DNA of 64,000 nt from Balanoglossus misakiensis (Eukaryota > Animalia > Hemichordata): NCBI GenBank assembly GCA_040954595.2, contig JBECUI020000025.1, positions 372,001 through 436,000 of the forward strand, written 5' to 3'. Below the pieces are notes generated by a model that saw nothing but the letters and a program-made list of their open reading frames with translations, was not told the origin of the DNA and searched no databases. The position numbers and the translations under genes are program-made. Below are positions 19,450 through 29,070 of the stretch, one piece after another (within the stretch, counting starts at the first letter, position 1; each line of letters starts with the position of its first letter).

Positions 19450-20438
19450 TCCCAACGCAAGGCGCCACCGGTTTGATATTCAGTTACGCGACGTTCAAAA
19501 AAGTTTTTTTCCTTTGATAGATCAGTAGAGACACTCATCCATGGAAATGGATTTTCAGTCCCATAATGTCGTGGAAGACGAATGCGTTCCAACCGACGAT
19601 CAGCAATATATTCCACGTAGTCACAAAATTGTTGAGAGGTCAGTCCGACAATGCCGTTGGGGCATGCTTCACGTGCATAGATATGTTCCAACCGCACCGA
19701 TTCTAAAATAAGCGAATGCAGAAGTTCTTCAAATTCCTTATTCCATACATCAGGGTTTTCGTCGCGGATCGTATTAATAAGATCAGCACCAAAGGCAAGA
19801 TGCAGACTTTCGTCTCTCATAATATATTCAAACTGTTCCCCAATGCCAACCATCTTCCCATCCCGCTTGAGGGCAAGCATCATGGCAAAGCCAGCATAAA
19901 AAAAGATGCCCTCCATGATAATATAGTATCCAACAAGATCTTTCAGAAATTTACGAATATTCTCGGTACCTAATGTATGGAAATTAGGCACAAAGACATT
20001 CTTGGTAAGTTCGACGACGAAGCCATCCTTTTCTTCTATGGAAGGAACATCCTTATACATATTATATATCAGATCGGGATCCAATCCTAAGGAATCACAA
20101 CAGTAGATAAAAGTATCAGTATGAATTGCCTCTTCAAAGGCCTGTCGCAACATATACTGCCGGCATTCAGGGTTTGTTACATGCTGATAGACCGCAAGAA
20201 CAATGTTATTTGCAGTTAAGGATTCCGCAGTTGAAAAGAATCCAAGATTCCACAATATCAGTTTCCTTTCTTCTTCTGATAATACATGTTGGGATTTCCA
20301 CTGCTCAATGTCTTCCTGCATTGAAATTTCTTCGGGAACCCAGTTATTTGCAATGCCATTTCGATAATATTCGCGCGCCCACATATATTTCATTGGTAAT
20401 ATCTTATTCGGATCTGTTTTTGAACTGTTAATAATCAT
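19446..20438 (-). CDS. nrdB: Ribonucleotide reductase small subunit, class Ic (R2c) type
   Basis: FFSTAES, EEAIHTDTF, MEGIFFY, RDESLH, NFFERRVTEY. GGAGG RBS before ATG 20438. Confidence 0.95.
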   Translation of the reverse strand: MIINSSKTDPNKILPMKYMWAREYYRNGIANNWVPEEISMQEDIEQWKSQHVLSEEERKLILWNLGFFSTAESLTANNIVLAVYQHVTNPECRQYMLRQAFEEAIHTDTFIYCCDSLGLDPDLIYNMYKDVPSIEEKDGFVVELTKNVFVPNFHTLGTENIRKFLKDLVGYYIIMEGIFFYAGFAMMLALKRDGKMVGIGEQFEYIMRDESLHLAFGADLINTIRDENPDVWNKEFEELLHSLILESVRLEHIYAREACPNGIVGLTSQQFCDYVEYIADRRLERIRLPRHYGTENPFPWMSVSTDLSKEKNFFERRVTEYQTGGALRWD

Positions 20439-20447
20439 CAATTCCTC

Positions 20448-23252
20448 CTACGAAGATATTTCGCTACCTTCTATGTTATTTTGGTATACTCTCTTTTGTG
20501 TATAGCCGTATTTTTGCGCATTTAATGTTGATTTCTCAATCTGGGTTGCTCCCAGACTGCGAAGATAGTATGTTGTTTTTAGTCCCATCTCCCATGCACT
20601 CTGATATACTTCATCTAATTTCTTCCCGGAAATGGTCCGCAAGAATACATTATGCGACTGACTCTGATCGATCCATTTCCCCTGAACTGCAGCAATGCGA
20701 AGAAGTTGTATCGGATCAATATCAAATGCCTCCTTATAGAGATGTTTTATCCCTGCTGGCAGTTGTGTAATCATAGACAGGTTACCATCATAGTATTTTA
20801 GTTGCTCCAGCATAGAATCATTCCATAACCCGGCATCTTTCAGATCATCAATCAGATAGCGGTTAATAACAACAAACTCGCCGCTCATATTGGATTTCAC
20901 ATACATGTTTTTGTATATTGGTTCATTACAGGGAAAACAGCCGGCAATATTAGATATTGTTGCCGTTGGTGCAATCGCCATTGTATTGCTATTGCGCATA
21001 CCATGTCTTGCGATATGTTGTCGAACAGAATCCCAATCCATGTGCTGTTCACGATTGACCCGAACCGGCATGCCCCGCTCCTCTTCCAATAAATTGATGG
21101 TATCTAGTGGAAGAATATTACGATCCCATTTTGATCCTGGGTAGCTCTCGTAGGTGCCCCTTTTTGCTGCCAATTCGGAAGATGAAAGAATGGCGTAGTA
21201 GGAAATAAGTTCGGTTACTCGGTCACTGAAACTAATGGCCTCATCGCTGTCCATAGGAATACGCATAGTATACAGAGCATCCTGCAAACCCATCATTCCC
21301 AGTCCAATTGGGCGGTGTTTCATATTGCTGAATTTTGCCTCTTCGGTGGGATAATAATTAATATCAATAACATTATCTAACATCTGCATGGCAATAGATA
21401 TTGTCTCACGAATTTTAAACTCGTTTATTCCCTCGCTACTGCAATGCTTCTGCAGATTAACCGAACCTAAATTGCAGACAGCAGTCTCATTTTCCGATGT
21501 ATTAAGGGTTATCTCGGTACAGAGATTACTGGAATGGATAACTCCCGCATGATCTTGAGGAGAGCGTATATTACAGGGGTCCTTAAAGGTTAACCAAGGA
21601 TGTCCGGTCTCAAATAAACGAGTTAACATCCGACGCCAGAGTTGTACAGCTTTTATCTGCCTGTGTAAACGCAGTGCACCCTGTTCGGCTTGTTTCTCAT
21701 AGTAGTGATAGCGATCTTCAAATTCCCTGCCGTATATATGATGAAGATCAGGAACTTCTTCGGGACTGAAAAGCGTCCATTTCCCACCTTCCCGTACACG
21801 TTTCATAAACAGGTCTGGAATCCAGCATGCAATGCTCATATCATGTGTTCGCCGGCGATCGTCGCCTGTATTTTTTCGTAAATCGACAAACTCTTCTATG
21901 TCATAATGCCAGACCTCAAGATAGGCACAGGTCGCCCCGCGACGTTTTCCGCTACGGTTAATGGCAACAGTGGTATCATTTGTAATTTTCAGAAATGGGA
22001 TGACCCCCTGACTCTGTACCTTCGTACTATGTATCAAGGCACCGGTGGCTCGTATATTGCTCCAATCGTTTCCAACACCCCCCGACCACTTAGACAGTTG
22101 TGCATTATCACTAACACATTTGAAAATATGTTTGAGATCATCGTTTACAGTCGTAATATAACAAGAACTGAGCTGCGGACGGAGAAGTCCCGAATGGAAG
22201 AGAGTGGGAGTCGAAGGAACGAATCGTAATGTCGACATAATGCGATAAAAATCCTGTGCCCGTTCGGTCGGTTCTTCTTCATTCACTGCCAATCCCATGG
22301 CAATACGCATCCAAAATGCTTGCACCGTTTCCAGTAGACTTCCCTCATCGAATCGCAGGAGATAGCGGCTATAGAGAGACTGCATGCCAAGGTACATGAT
22401 ATAGTCATCATGTTCCAGCTTAAGTTCTCTTGCAAGTACATTAAGATCAAACTTGTTGACTAGATCAGCATCGAGCATCTGTCCGTCCACTCCACGACGT
22501 ATCCCGTCAATAAAGGCCTCACAGTACATTGTATTGTACTCTGGGACATCTATTAATACCGATGAACTAGGATAAATAGAACGAAATATTTTTAGCCGAA
22601 TCAGTCTTGCCGCAAACACATCGTAGTCGGGATCTCGTTCTATGAGCGATACCGCCGCATAGAGCACCAATTCCAGGATCTGATCGCTCGTAATGCCATC
22701 AAATAAACCCTTCGAGACTGCCTGGAGAACAGGATTCGAGTCAAGACCCTTCTGATCGTGTAGTAAGCGCTGAATAAAACCTTGAAGTCGAGGTGCACTA
22801 AAAGACTCTATTGTACCTTCACGCGAATGAACACGTATATCAGTATCGCTGCCCTTTTCCTGCACTCGTTCGGCACGGGCGTCTGCATGTTGCTGCCTGT
22901 AAATGATATATCGCTTCACTACCGGATACAAGCGGTGGGATACCAGTGTTTGTTCAACAATGTCCTGAATCTTCTCAACATCAGGAATATCCGATTTGTG
23001 TACGTGCTGAATTTCGTCGACAACATCTTTGACCAATACTTCTAGCTGCTTATCCGTACACTCCATCTCAGCTGCATTAAAAGATGCAATAATTGCACGT
23101 TTAATACGTTCGCGAGCAAAAGGTATTATTTGCCCGTCCCGTTTACGCACATGAGTAATATGTTTATTGTCTAAAGAATTTTCTTGATATATTGTTGCTA
23201 CCCCCCTTTTTTTAGTTCTCGTCTTACCACAAGTGTACTGTATAGTTTCCAA
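20448..23252 (-). CDS. nrdA: Ribonucleotide reductase class I large subunit with N-terminal ATP cone(s)
   Basis: VRKRDG ATP cone plus a second cone-like region; QLSSCY, SNLCTEI, VCNLGS, APTATIS, KTTYYLR. Start uncertain (TTG 23252 or ATA 23192). Confidence 0.96.
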   Translation of the reverse strand: METIQYTCGKTRTKKRGVATIYQENSLDNKHITHVRKRDGQIIPFARERIKRAIIASFNAAEMECTDKQLEVLVKDVVDEIQHVHKSDIPDVEKIQDIVEQTLVSHRLYPVVKRYIIYRQQHADARAERVQEKGSDTDIRVHSREGTIESFSAPRLQGFIQRLLHDQKGLDSNPVLQAVSKGLFDGITSDQILELVLYAAVSLIERDPDYDVFAARLIRLKIFRSIYPSSSVLIDVPEYNTMYCEAFIDGIRRGVDGQMLDADLVNKFDLNVLARELKLEHDDYIMYLGMQSLYSRYLLRFDEGSLLETVQAFWMRIAMGLAVNEEEPTERAQDFYRIMSTLRFVPSTPTLFHSGLLRPQLSSCYITTVNDDLKHIFKCVSDNAQLSKWSGGVGNDWSNIRATGALIHSTKVQSQGVIPFLKITNDTTVAINRSGKRRGATCAYLEVWHYDIEEFVDLRKNTGDDRRRTHDMSIACWIPDLFMKRVREGGKWTLFSPEEVPDLHHIYGREFEDRYHYYEKQAEQGALRLHRQIKAVQLWRRMLTRLFETGHPWLTFKDPCNIRSPQDHAGVIHSSNLCTEITLNTSENETAVCNLGSVNLQKHCSSEGINEFKIRETISIAMQMLDNVIDINYYPTEEAKFSNMKHRPIGLGMMGLQDALYTMRIPMDSDEAISFSDRVTELISYYAILSSSELAAKRGTYESYPGSKWDRNILPLDTINLLEEERGMPVRVNREQHMDWDSVRQHIARHGMRNSNTMAIAPTATISNIAGCFPCNEPIYKNMYVKSNMSGEFVVINRYLIDDLKDAGLWNDSMLEQLKYYDGNLSMITQLPAGIKHLYKEAFDIDPIQLLRIAAVQGKWIDQSQSHNVFLRTISGKKLDEVYQSAWEMGLKTTYYLRSLGATQIEKSTLNAQKYGYTQKRVYQNNIEGSEISS

Positions 23253-23366
23253 ACAGGCAAGATTTTATCAAATTAAGTACTGTATCTTCGTAAAATTATT
23301 GTCTTGAATAACTACTGACTTTATAGTATTATGTATCGTTGTAAGAATACTATAAAGAAAATAAAT

Positions 23367-26048
23367 ATGCAATCAATCAACTTAAATCCGACATTTAACA
23401 GTAAAGACTTTGAAAAGCGTATCTACGCATTATGGAAAAACAACAATTGTTTTTCCCCAAAAGGCAAGGGAGATAGCTATGCAATTGTTATTCCTCCACC
23501 AAATGTAACCGGCATTCTGCACATGGGGCACGGACTTAATAGTACCTTGCAAGATGTCCTGATACGTTATCACCGCATGATGGGAAAAAATACACTCTGG
23601 ATCCCCGGCACCGACCACGCAGGCATTGCCACACAGAGCATCGTTGAGAAGAAACTCAATCAAGAAGGAAAAACACGAACCAGCATCGGCAGAGAAAAGT
23701 TTGTCGAGCTGACTTGGAAACTCTGTAATGAGCATAAGGATCAGATAACCAAGCAACTGGAAGAACTCGGGGTCTCATGCGATTGGTCGCAGTACCGCTT
23801 TACCTTGGATGACAGTCTTTCAGCTGCCGTTACCGATGTCTTTGTCCGCCTCTACGAAAAAGGACTGATTTACAAGGGAAACTACATGGTAAACTGGTCG
23901 GTAGAGAATCAAACTGCAATTAGTAATGAAGAGGTAGAGTATAAAGAGACACGGGGACTCTTATATTATATCCGATACCCTTTTGCCGACAAGAGCGGCG
24001 AGCTACAGATCGCAACAACCCGTCCGGAAACGATGTTTAGCGACACGGCTGTTGCTGTCCATCCGGAGGATGAACGATATAACACATTGATTGGCAAGGA
24101 ACTCATTCTTCCCCTCAGCGGAAGGAGCATTCGCATTATTGCAGACAAGTACGTTGATCCATCATTTGGAACCGGTGCACTCAAGGTTACCCCCGCTCAC
24201 GATCAGAATGACTACGAAATAGGACAACGCCATAACCTTGAAGTACGCATCACCATGACCCCAGATGGGCATCTGAACGAACTCGTACCCCCACCCTACC
24301 AAGGCATGGATATGAAAACTGCCCGCAAACAAGTAGCCCACGACTTAAAAGAAGCCGGCTACCTTATTAAAACAAAAGAACATCTACACCAAGTCGGATA
24401 CTGTTACCGGACAGGAGATATTATAGAACCCTATATATCCCAGCAATGGTTTGTAAAAATGGGACCCTTGGCAAAAAAAGCATTGCAAGCCTGGGAAGAA
24501 AAAAGTGTTCGCTTCTTTCCTGAAAAATGGTCAAATACATATCTGCATTGGTTACACAATATCCGTGATTGGTGTATATCACGACAACTATGGTGGGGAC
24601 ATCGTATACCTGTATGGTACAATGAAGAGGGAGAAATGATCGTTGTACGAGAAGATCCGAACACCCTGCCGAAATATGCAGGACAAAAATTTACGCAAGA
24701 CGAGTCTACCCTTGATACATGGTTTTCATCATGGCTCTGGCCCTTTACAACCATGGGCTGGCCGGAGCAAACTGATGCTCTGCGCACCTTTTATCCCACG
24801 AATACGCTGGTTACCGGATACGACATTATCTTTTTCTGGGTCGCACGGATGATTATGGCGGGTCTGGAATTTACCGATACCGTGCCCTTTCATGATGTAT
24901 ACATTACCAATCTCGTCCGCGATAAACAGCGACGAAAAATGTCAAAAAGTTTAGGGAACGGCATTGATCCGCGTGATGTTATTAACGATGTCGGAGCAGA
25001 TGCACTGCGCTTCACCCTTACCTTTCATACATCACAGGGGTCTGATATATTACTGGATGTCAATGACTTTCAGTTTGGTTCGCGCTTTGCAAACAAGATA
25101 TGGAATGCGACGCGGTATATTTTTATGAATATGGAAGACCGCACTATCCTGCCCTTTAATGAGATTCGACTGGACCCTGTTGATACATGGATATTTCATC
25201 GCCTCAATGAATCTATTACGCAGGCACATGAAGGAATGGCCCAGTACCGGTTTAACGATGCATCTCGGAGCATATACGAGTTTTTCTGGAATGATTTCTG
25301 CGATTGGTATCTGGAAGCATCAAAACTACATCTGCATGGGGAATCGGAGGAGGAACAAAACCGTATTGCATCCCTTCTTCTCTACCTCTTAGAAGAGATT
25401 ATTCGCCTTATTCATCCCTTTATGCCTTTTATCAGCGAAGAAATATACCAAAATATTCCCGATCTTCCCGGTAATATCAAGAACACGACTGCAATACAAG
25501 CAGAGTTTCCCCGCATAGATTCCAGGCGATCTAATACTGAGCAGGCGCTATTGTTTTCCCAACTTCAGGAAATTGTTCGCAATATTCGTACTGTGCGAAG
25601 TGAATTTACAATTGCTCTTTCTCGCCCTATTTCCTTTACAATTCGACATGCCGCCGACTGGGATGCCCTAGACTATATCCGAGACTCACTGCCACTCATC
25701 AATCTTTTAACAAACGGAAGAAATGTTACTCTGACAACAGACATTGTTGCAGAAGACGACAAAGCTATTGTAAATGTTGGGAAAAATTTTGAAGCATATA
25801 TATTTATTAAAGATATGATTAATATTGATGCCGAAATAAGTCGCCTCACACGCTCCATAGAGAAAAAAGAACGTTTGCTGCAGCAATGTCGAAAAAAATT
25901 ATCAAATAAAGACTTCCTAAGCAATGCAAAGGAAGAGATTATTGTTCGAGAACAAGAACGCGAAAAAGACTTGCACGAACAGTTGACGAAGAACCGAAAG
26001 GTATTAGAAAGTCTACACCACGGACTAACGAGGAGGAGCTTATCATGA
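23367..26048 (+). CDS. valS: Valyl-tRNA synthetase
   Basis: PPPNVTGILHMGH, TDHAGIATQ, DWCISRQLWWGHRIP, KMSKS. Confidence 0.98.
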   Translation: MQSINLNPTFNSKDFEKRIYALWKNNNCFSPKGKGDSYAIVIPPPNVTGILHMGHGLNSTLQDVLIRYHRMMGKNTLWIPGTDHAGIATQSIVEKKLNQEGKTRTSIGREKFVELTWKLCNEHKDQITKQLEELGVSCDWSQYRFTLDDSLSAAVTDVFVRLYEKGLIYKGNYMVNWSVENQTAISNEEVEYKETRGLLYYIRYPFADKSGELQIATTRPETMFSDTAVAVHPEDERYNTLIGKELILPLSGRSIRIIADKYVDPSFGTGALKVTPAHDQNDYEIGQRHNLEVRITMTPDGHLNELVPPPYQGMDMKTARKQVAHDLKEAGYLIKTKEHLHQVGYCYRTGDIIEPYISQQWFVKMGPLAKKALQAWEEKSVRFFPEKWSNTYLHWLHNIRDWCISRQLWWGHRIPVWYNEEGEMIVVREDPNTLPKYAGQKFTQDESTLDTWFSSWLWPFTTMGWPEQTDALRTFYPTNTLVTGYDIIFFWVARMIMAGLEFTDTVPFHDVYITNLVRDKQRRKMSKSLGNGIDPRDVINDVGADALRFTLTFHTSQGSDILLDVNDFQFGSRFANKIWNATRYIFMNMEDRTILPFNEIRLDPVDTWIFHRLNESITQAHEGMAQYRFNDASRSIYEFFWNDFCDWYLEASKLHLHGESEEEQNRIASLLLYLLEEIIRLIHPFMPFISEEIYQNIPDLPGNIKNTTAIQAEFPRIDSRRSNTEQALLFSQLQEIVRNIRTVRSEFTIALSRPISFTIRHAADWDALDYIRDSLPLINLLTNGRNVTLTTDIVAEDDKAIVNVGKNFEAYIFIKDMINIDAEISRLTRSIEKKERLLQQCRKKLSNKDFLSNAKEEIIVREQEREKDLHEQLTKNRKVLESLHHGLTRRSLS

Positions 26049-27820
26049 AAATAAAGCTCATAGGGTTATTATTATTTGCTATTTGCGTATTGCCTGCATA
26101 CACACAGTTTTCATCTGATCCATTAGATGAAATATATCAGCACATTGATATTTGGGAAGGGGCAGGATATATCAAGCAGCTTCCACCGTTCCGACCATAC
26201 CCGCAACAAGTAATTCGCGAAATACTTGAAACCGTCATTACTCAGGGCAATGAAGAAGCCCGAAAACAAGCAGAACATTATCTCGATCGCATGCTCATGT
26301 ACGTAGACTGGAAAATCAATACTGAACATCAAAGTCAGACAGACTTCGCACTACATCACTGGAAGATCGGGATCGGTCCATCTTTGCAAGGATTCATCGG
26401 TACACCACTTGTCGGCTATTCGGCAAAGGTCATGATATATTTTGTCCCACAAGGCAAGAGTGCTACTCCTATCTTGCCTCAAAATATTCGTACTCGCTAT
26501 GATCTCACCTACGATACTACCGGTTTAGGAGATTCGCTTAACTACTATTTCCAGCTTAATGCATCAGCCTCAATCGGCAAGCCTAATCTCTACCTGCAAA
26601 CAGGTGTTATGCGTCGTTCCTTCGGCCCATTTCAGGACGAGAACGTTGTATATAGCTCCCGTGCATCAGCTGCCCCGGGACTGGTATTCTTTTGGCGCGG
26701 AGAGAAAATGAAGTCCCTATCCTACACAGCCAGCATGTTTATGTTTGAGGCAACATCATTATATCGGGCAAGAGAAGAAGGCGATCCCGAAGCAGATGCA
26801 CAGCAGTATATGCCTGGATCATGGGAGGCTTCCGGTATTAACACCGCCCCAACATGGCGACCGCCACATTACATTGATCTTATGCGGACGAACTCTGTAT
26901 CAGCACCCAATAAATTCATGATGTTACAGATGTTGTCTTTCTATCCCGTCTCCTGGTTTGAAATGGGCATATTTGAGTCGATTGTCTGGGGACCACGATT
27001 TGATTTTAAGTACATGCTTCCATTCAAAATTCTCTTCCAACTACAAAGTCTTGGAAATTTTCCAGATAACACCCTTGTTGGTATGTACTTTGATTTTCGG
27101 GCATCTGAAGAATGGAAATTTCCTCTTATGATTTATGTTGATGACATCCATCCGATTGATGCCTTGACCTTCTCGCCGACAGCAAAGGTCAAGCTGGCAT
27201 TTCAAGCCGGATTACGCTGGACACCCAATATTCCATGGCTAACAAGATTGTCGCTAGAATACACGTTGGTAACGCCGTACATGTATACTCATACTCAGGA
27301 TACGCAGAATGGTCCCTATACTACGGAACCCAACTATACCAATTATACCCACAACGGAACCAGCATCGGTTCTTCATTGAGACCGAACTCCGACCTTCTT
27401 GCATTTCGTCTCCTCTTCAATCCAATACCGTCCTTAAACCTTGCCTTGCTCGGCCGTTTTTCACAACACGGGAATGCATCGGACGGACGACTTGAGGGTC
27501 CTTTGAACAATGACAATGGCACAATCTGGGATGATGGCTTTTATACAGCCTACGATGGTGCAGACAAACAAGGAGAGCCATCCTTTGCTTCCTTCCCACG
27601 TTTTCTTGGTCAGAAAGTTATTGAACGGACGTTTCAGATTGGCCTTGATATTTCAGGACTCTTTCATACCACCTCTTTTATGGATGTCTCGGCACAGATA
27701 GAATATATGTTTGAATACATTATGAACAAGGATTTGATAGAGGGTAAAACCGCACTTACTAACTACATTGATTTCAACATAACTTTTTCATTTTTTAGTC
27801 CGACGCCAACAAGAGATTAA
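26045..27820 (+). CDS. Putative outer-membrane beta-barrel protein (possibly Wzi-like)
   Basis: Signal peptide, helical N-terminus, many alternating aromatic amphipathic strands, and a terminal strand YIDFNITFSF. Confidence 0.45.
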   Translation: MKIKLIGLLLFAICVLPAYTQFSSDPLDEIYQHIDIWEGAGYIKQLPPFRPYPQQVIREILETVITQGNEEARKQAEHYLDRMLMYVDWKINTEHQSQTDFALHHWKIGIGPSLQGFIGTPLVGYSAKVMIYFVPQGKSATPILPQNIRTRYDLTYDTTGLGDSLNYYFQLNASASIGKPNLYLQTGVMRRSFGPFQDENVVYSSRASAAPGLVFFWRGEKMKSLSYTASMFMFEATSLYRAREEGDPEADAQQYMPGSWEASGINTAPTWRPPHYIDLMRTNSVSAPNKFMMLQMLSFYPVSWFEMGIFESIVWGPRFDFKYMLPFKILFQLQSLGNFPDNTLVGMYFDFRASEEWKFPLMIYVDDIHPIDALTFSPTAKVKLAFQAGLRWTPNIPWLTRLSLEYTLVTPYMYTHTQDTQNGPYTTEPNYTNYTHNGTSIGSSLRPNSDLLAFRLLFNPIPSLNLALLGRFSQHGNASDGRLEGPLNNDNGTIWDDGFYTAYDGADKQGEPSFASFPRFLGQKVIERTFQIGLDISGLFHTTSFMDVSAQIEYMFEYIMNKDLIEGKTALTNYIDFNITFSFFSPTPTRD

Positions 27821-27822
27821 GC

Positions 27823-29010
27823 ATGTTTAGGCCCTTACGCATAGCGTTTGTTTTTGAAATATTTCTACCGACAGTAAACGGCGTTATAACTGCAACCGAA
27901 AACTTGGCTCAAAATCTCGTAGATATGGGACATATGGTATTTTGCATTGTTCCGAAATGGAAAAAAACACCAAACCAGTTATTAGAAAGGGGTGCTGATG
28001 TCTTTCAAGTTCCGAGTGTGCCCAGTTTCATATATCCTGGGCTGCGCATCGCCCTTCCTTGGAGCGTTATGCCCGAAATACTTATAAAGAAGTACAATAT
28101 TGATATTCTGCATATCACCGGTCCAGGTTCACTTGCTTTTGCCTCCATAATGAGTGCAGAAAAACTAAATATTCCCATAGTACATACCTGGCATACTAAA
28201 CTAAGCGAAGAAAACTATATGAAACTCCTTGTCAGATACAATGTTCTTGTCCCGCTTTTTAGCAAACTCTCATGGAAATACTACAAACCCTTCATTTATA
28301 AGAGCAATGTCATTACAACGCCAACAACAGAGATGAACAGAATTCTCTCACAGCATTATCCCGATGTAGACATACGTACGATCAGCAACGGGGTTGATAT
28401 GGACACCTTTCGGCAGCATGCCAGTTTAGAGCAGTTACGTACCATCTTACCAGAGTTTGATACAAACAGTTTTATCTTTGTCGGGCGCATCAGTTTGGAA
28501 AAATCCATCGAACGAATTATTTATGCCCTTACCAAGGTTATTAAGAAGATCCCGCATCAAAAACTATTTATTATTGGTTCAGGTCCCGCAACTTCGTCTT
28601 TGCGTTCGTTAATACGGAAACTAGGTTTACAACGCAATGTATTCCTTACCGGTCCGATACCGCATCACAAATTGCTTTCAAGTGGGGTCTTCCACCATGC
28701 TCGAGCTATGGTAAGTGCATCAGAGACCGAAGTGCAAAGCATCACCTTTATTGAATCACTCTGCAGCCACACCCCCCTCATTGTCATTGATTCTGATGTT
28801 ACCCGCGACATTGTCGGGGAGGCGGGAATACTTTTCCCATCTGGAAACGTCAATGCACTTGCCAATGCAATGATTGCCATATCGGAGGATACTGCCTTGT
28901 ATCAGCGTTGCAGCAATGAAACACCGAAACAAGCAAGCAAATATGACGGGAGGCTTGTAAGCCGTCACTTCATTTCCCTTTACAATGAATTACTAGGCAG
29001 AGGTAGCTAA
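27823..29010 (+). CDS. GT4 glycosyltransferase (monoglycosyldiacylglycerol synthase-like)
   Basis: FLPTVNGV, VHTWHT, SNGVD, FVGRISLEKSI, SETEVQSITFIES. Confidence 0.85.
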   Translation: MFRPLRIAFVFEIFLPTVNGVITATENLAQNLVDMGHMVFCIVPKWKKTPNQLLERGADVFQVPSVPSFIYPGLRIALPWSVMPEILIKKYNIDILHITGPGSLAFASIMSAEKLNIPIVHTWHTKLSEENYMKLLVRYNVLVPLFSKLSWKYYKPFIYKSNVITTPTTEMNRILSQHYPDVDIRTISNGVDMDTFRQHASLEQLRTILPEFDTNSFIFVGRISLEKSIERIIYALTKVIKKIPHQKLFIIGSGPATSSLRSLIRKLGLQRNVFLTGPIPHHKLLSSGVFHHARAMVSASETEVQSITFIESLCSHTPLIVIDSDVTRDIVGEAGILFPSGNVNALANAMIAISEDTALYQRCSNETPKQASKYDGRLVSRHFISLYNELLGRGS

Positions 29011-29070
29011 ATCTTGTTTTTTCCGTGCACCCATGCTACTATGGTAGAGATAATAAGGAGTTAAAAGCAC

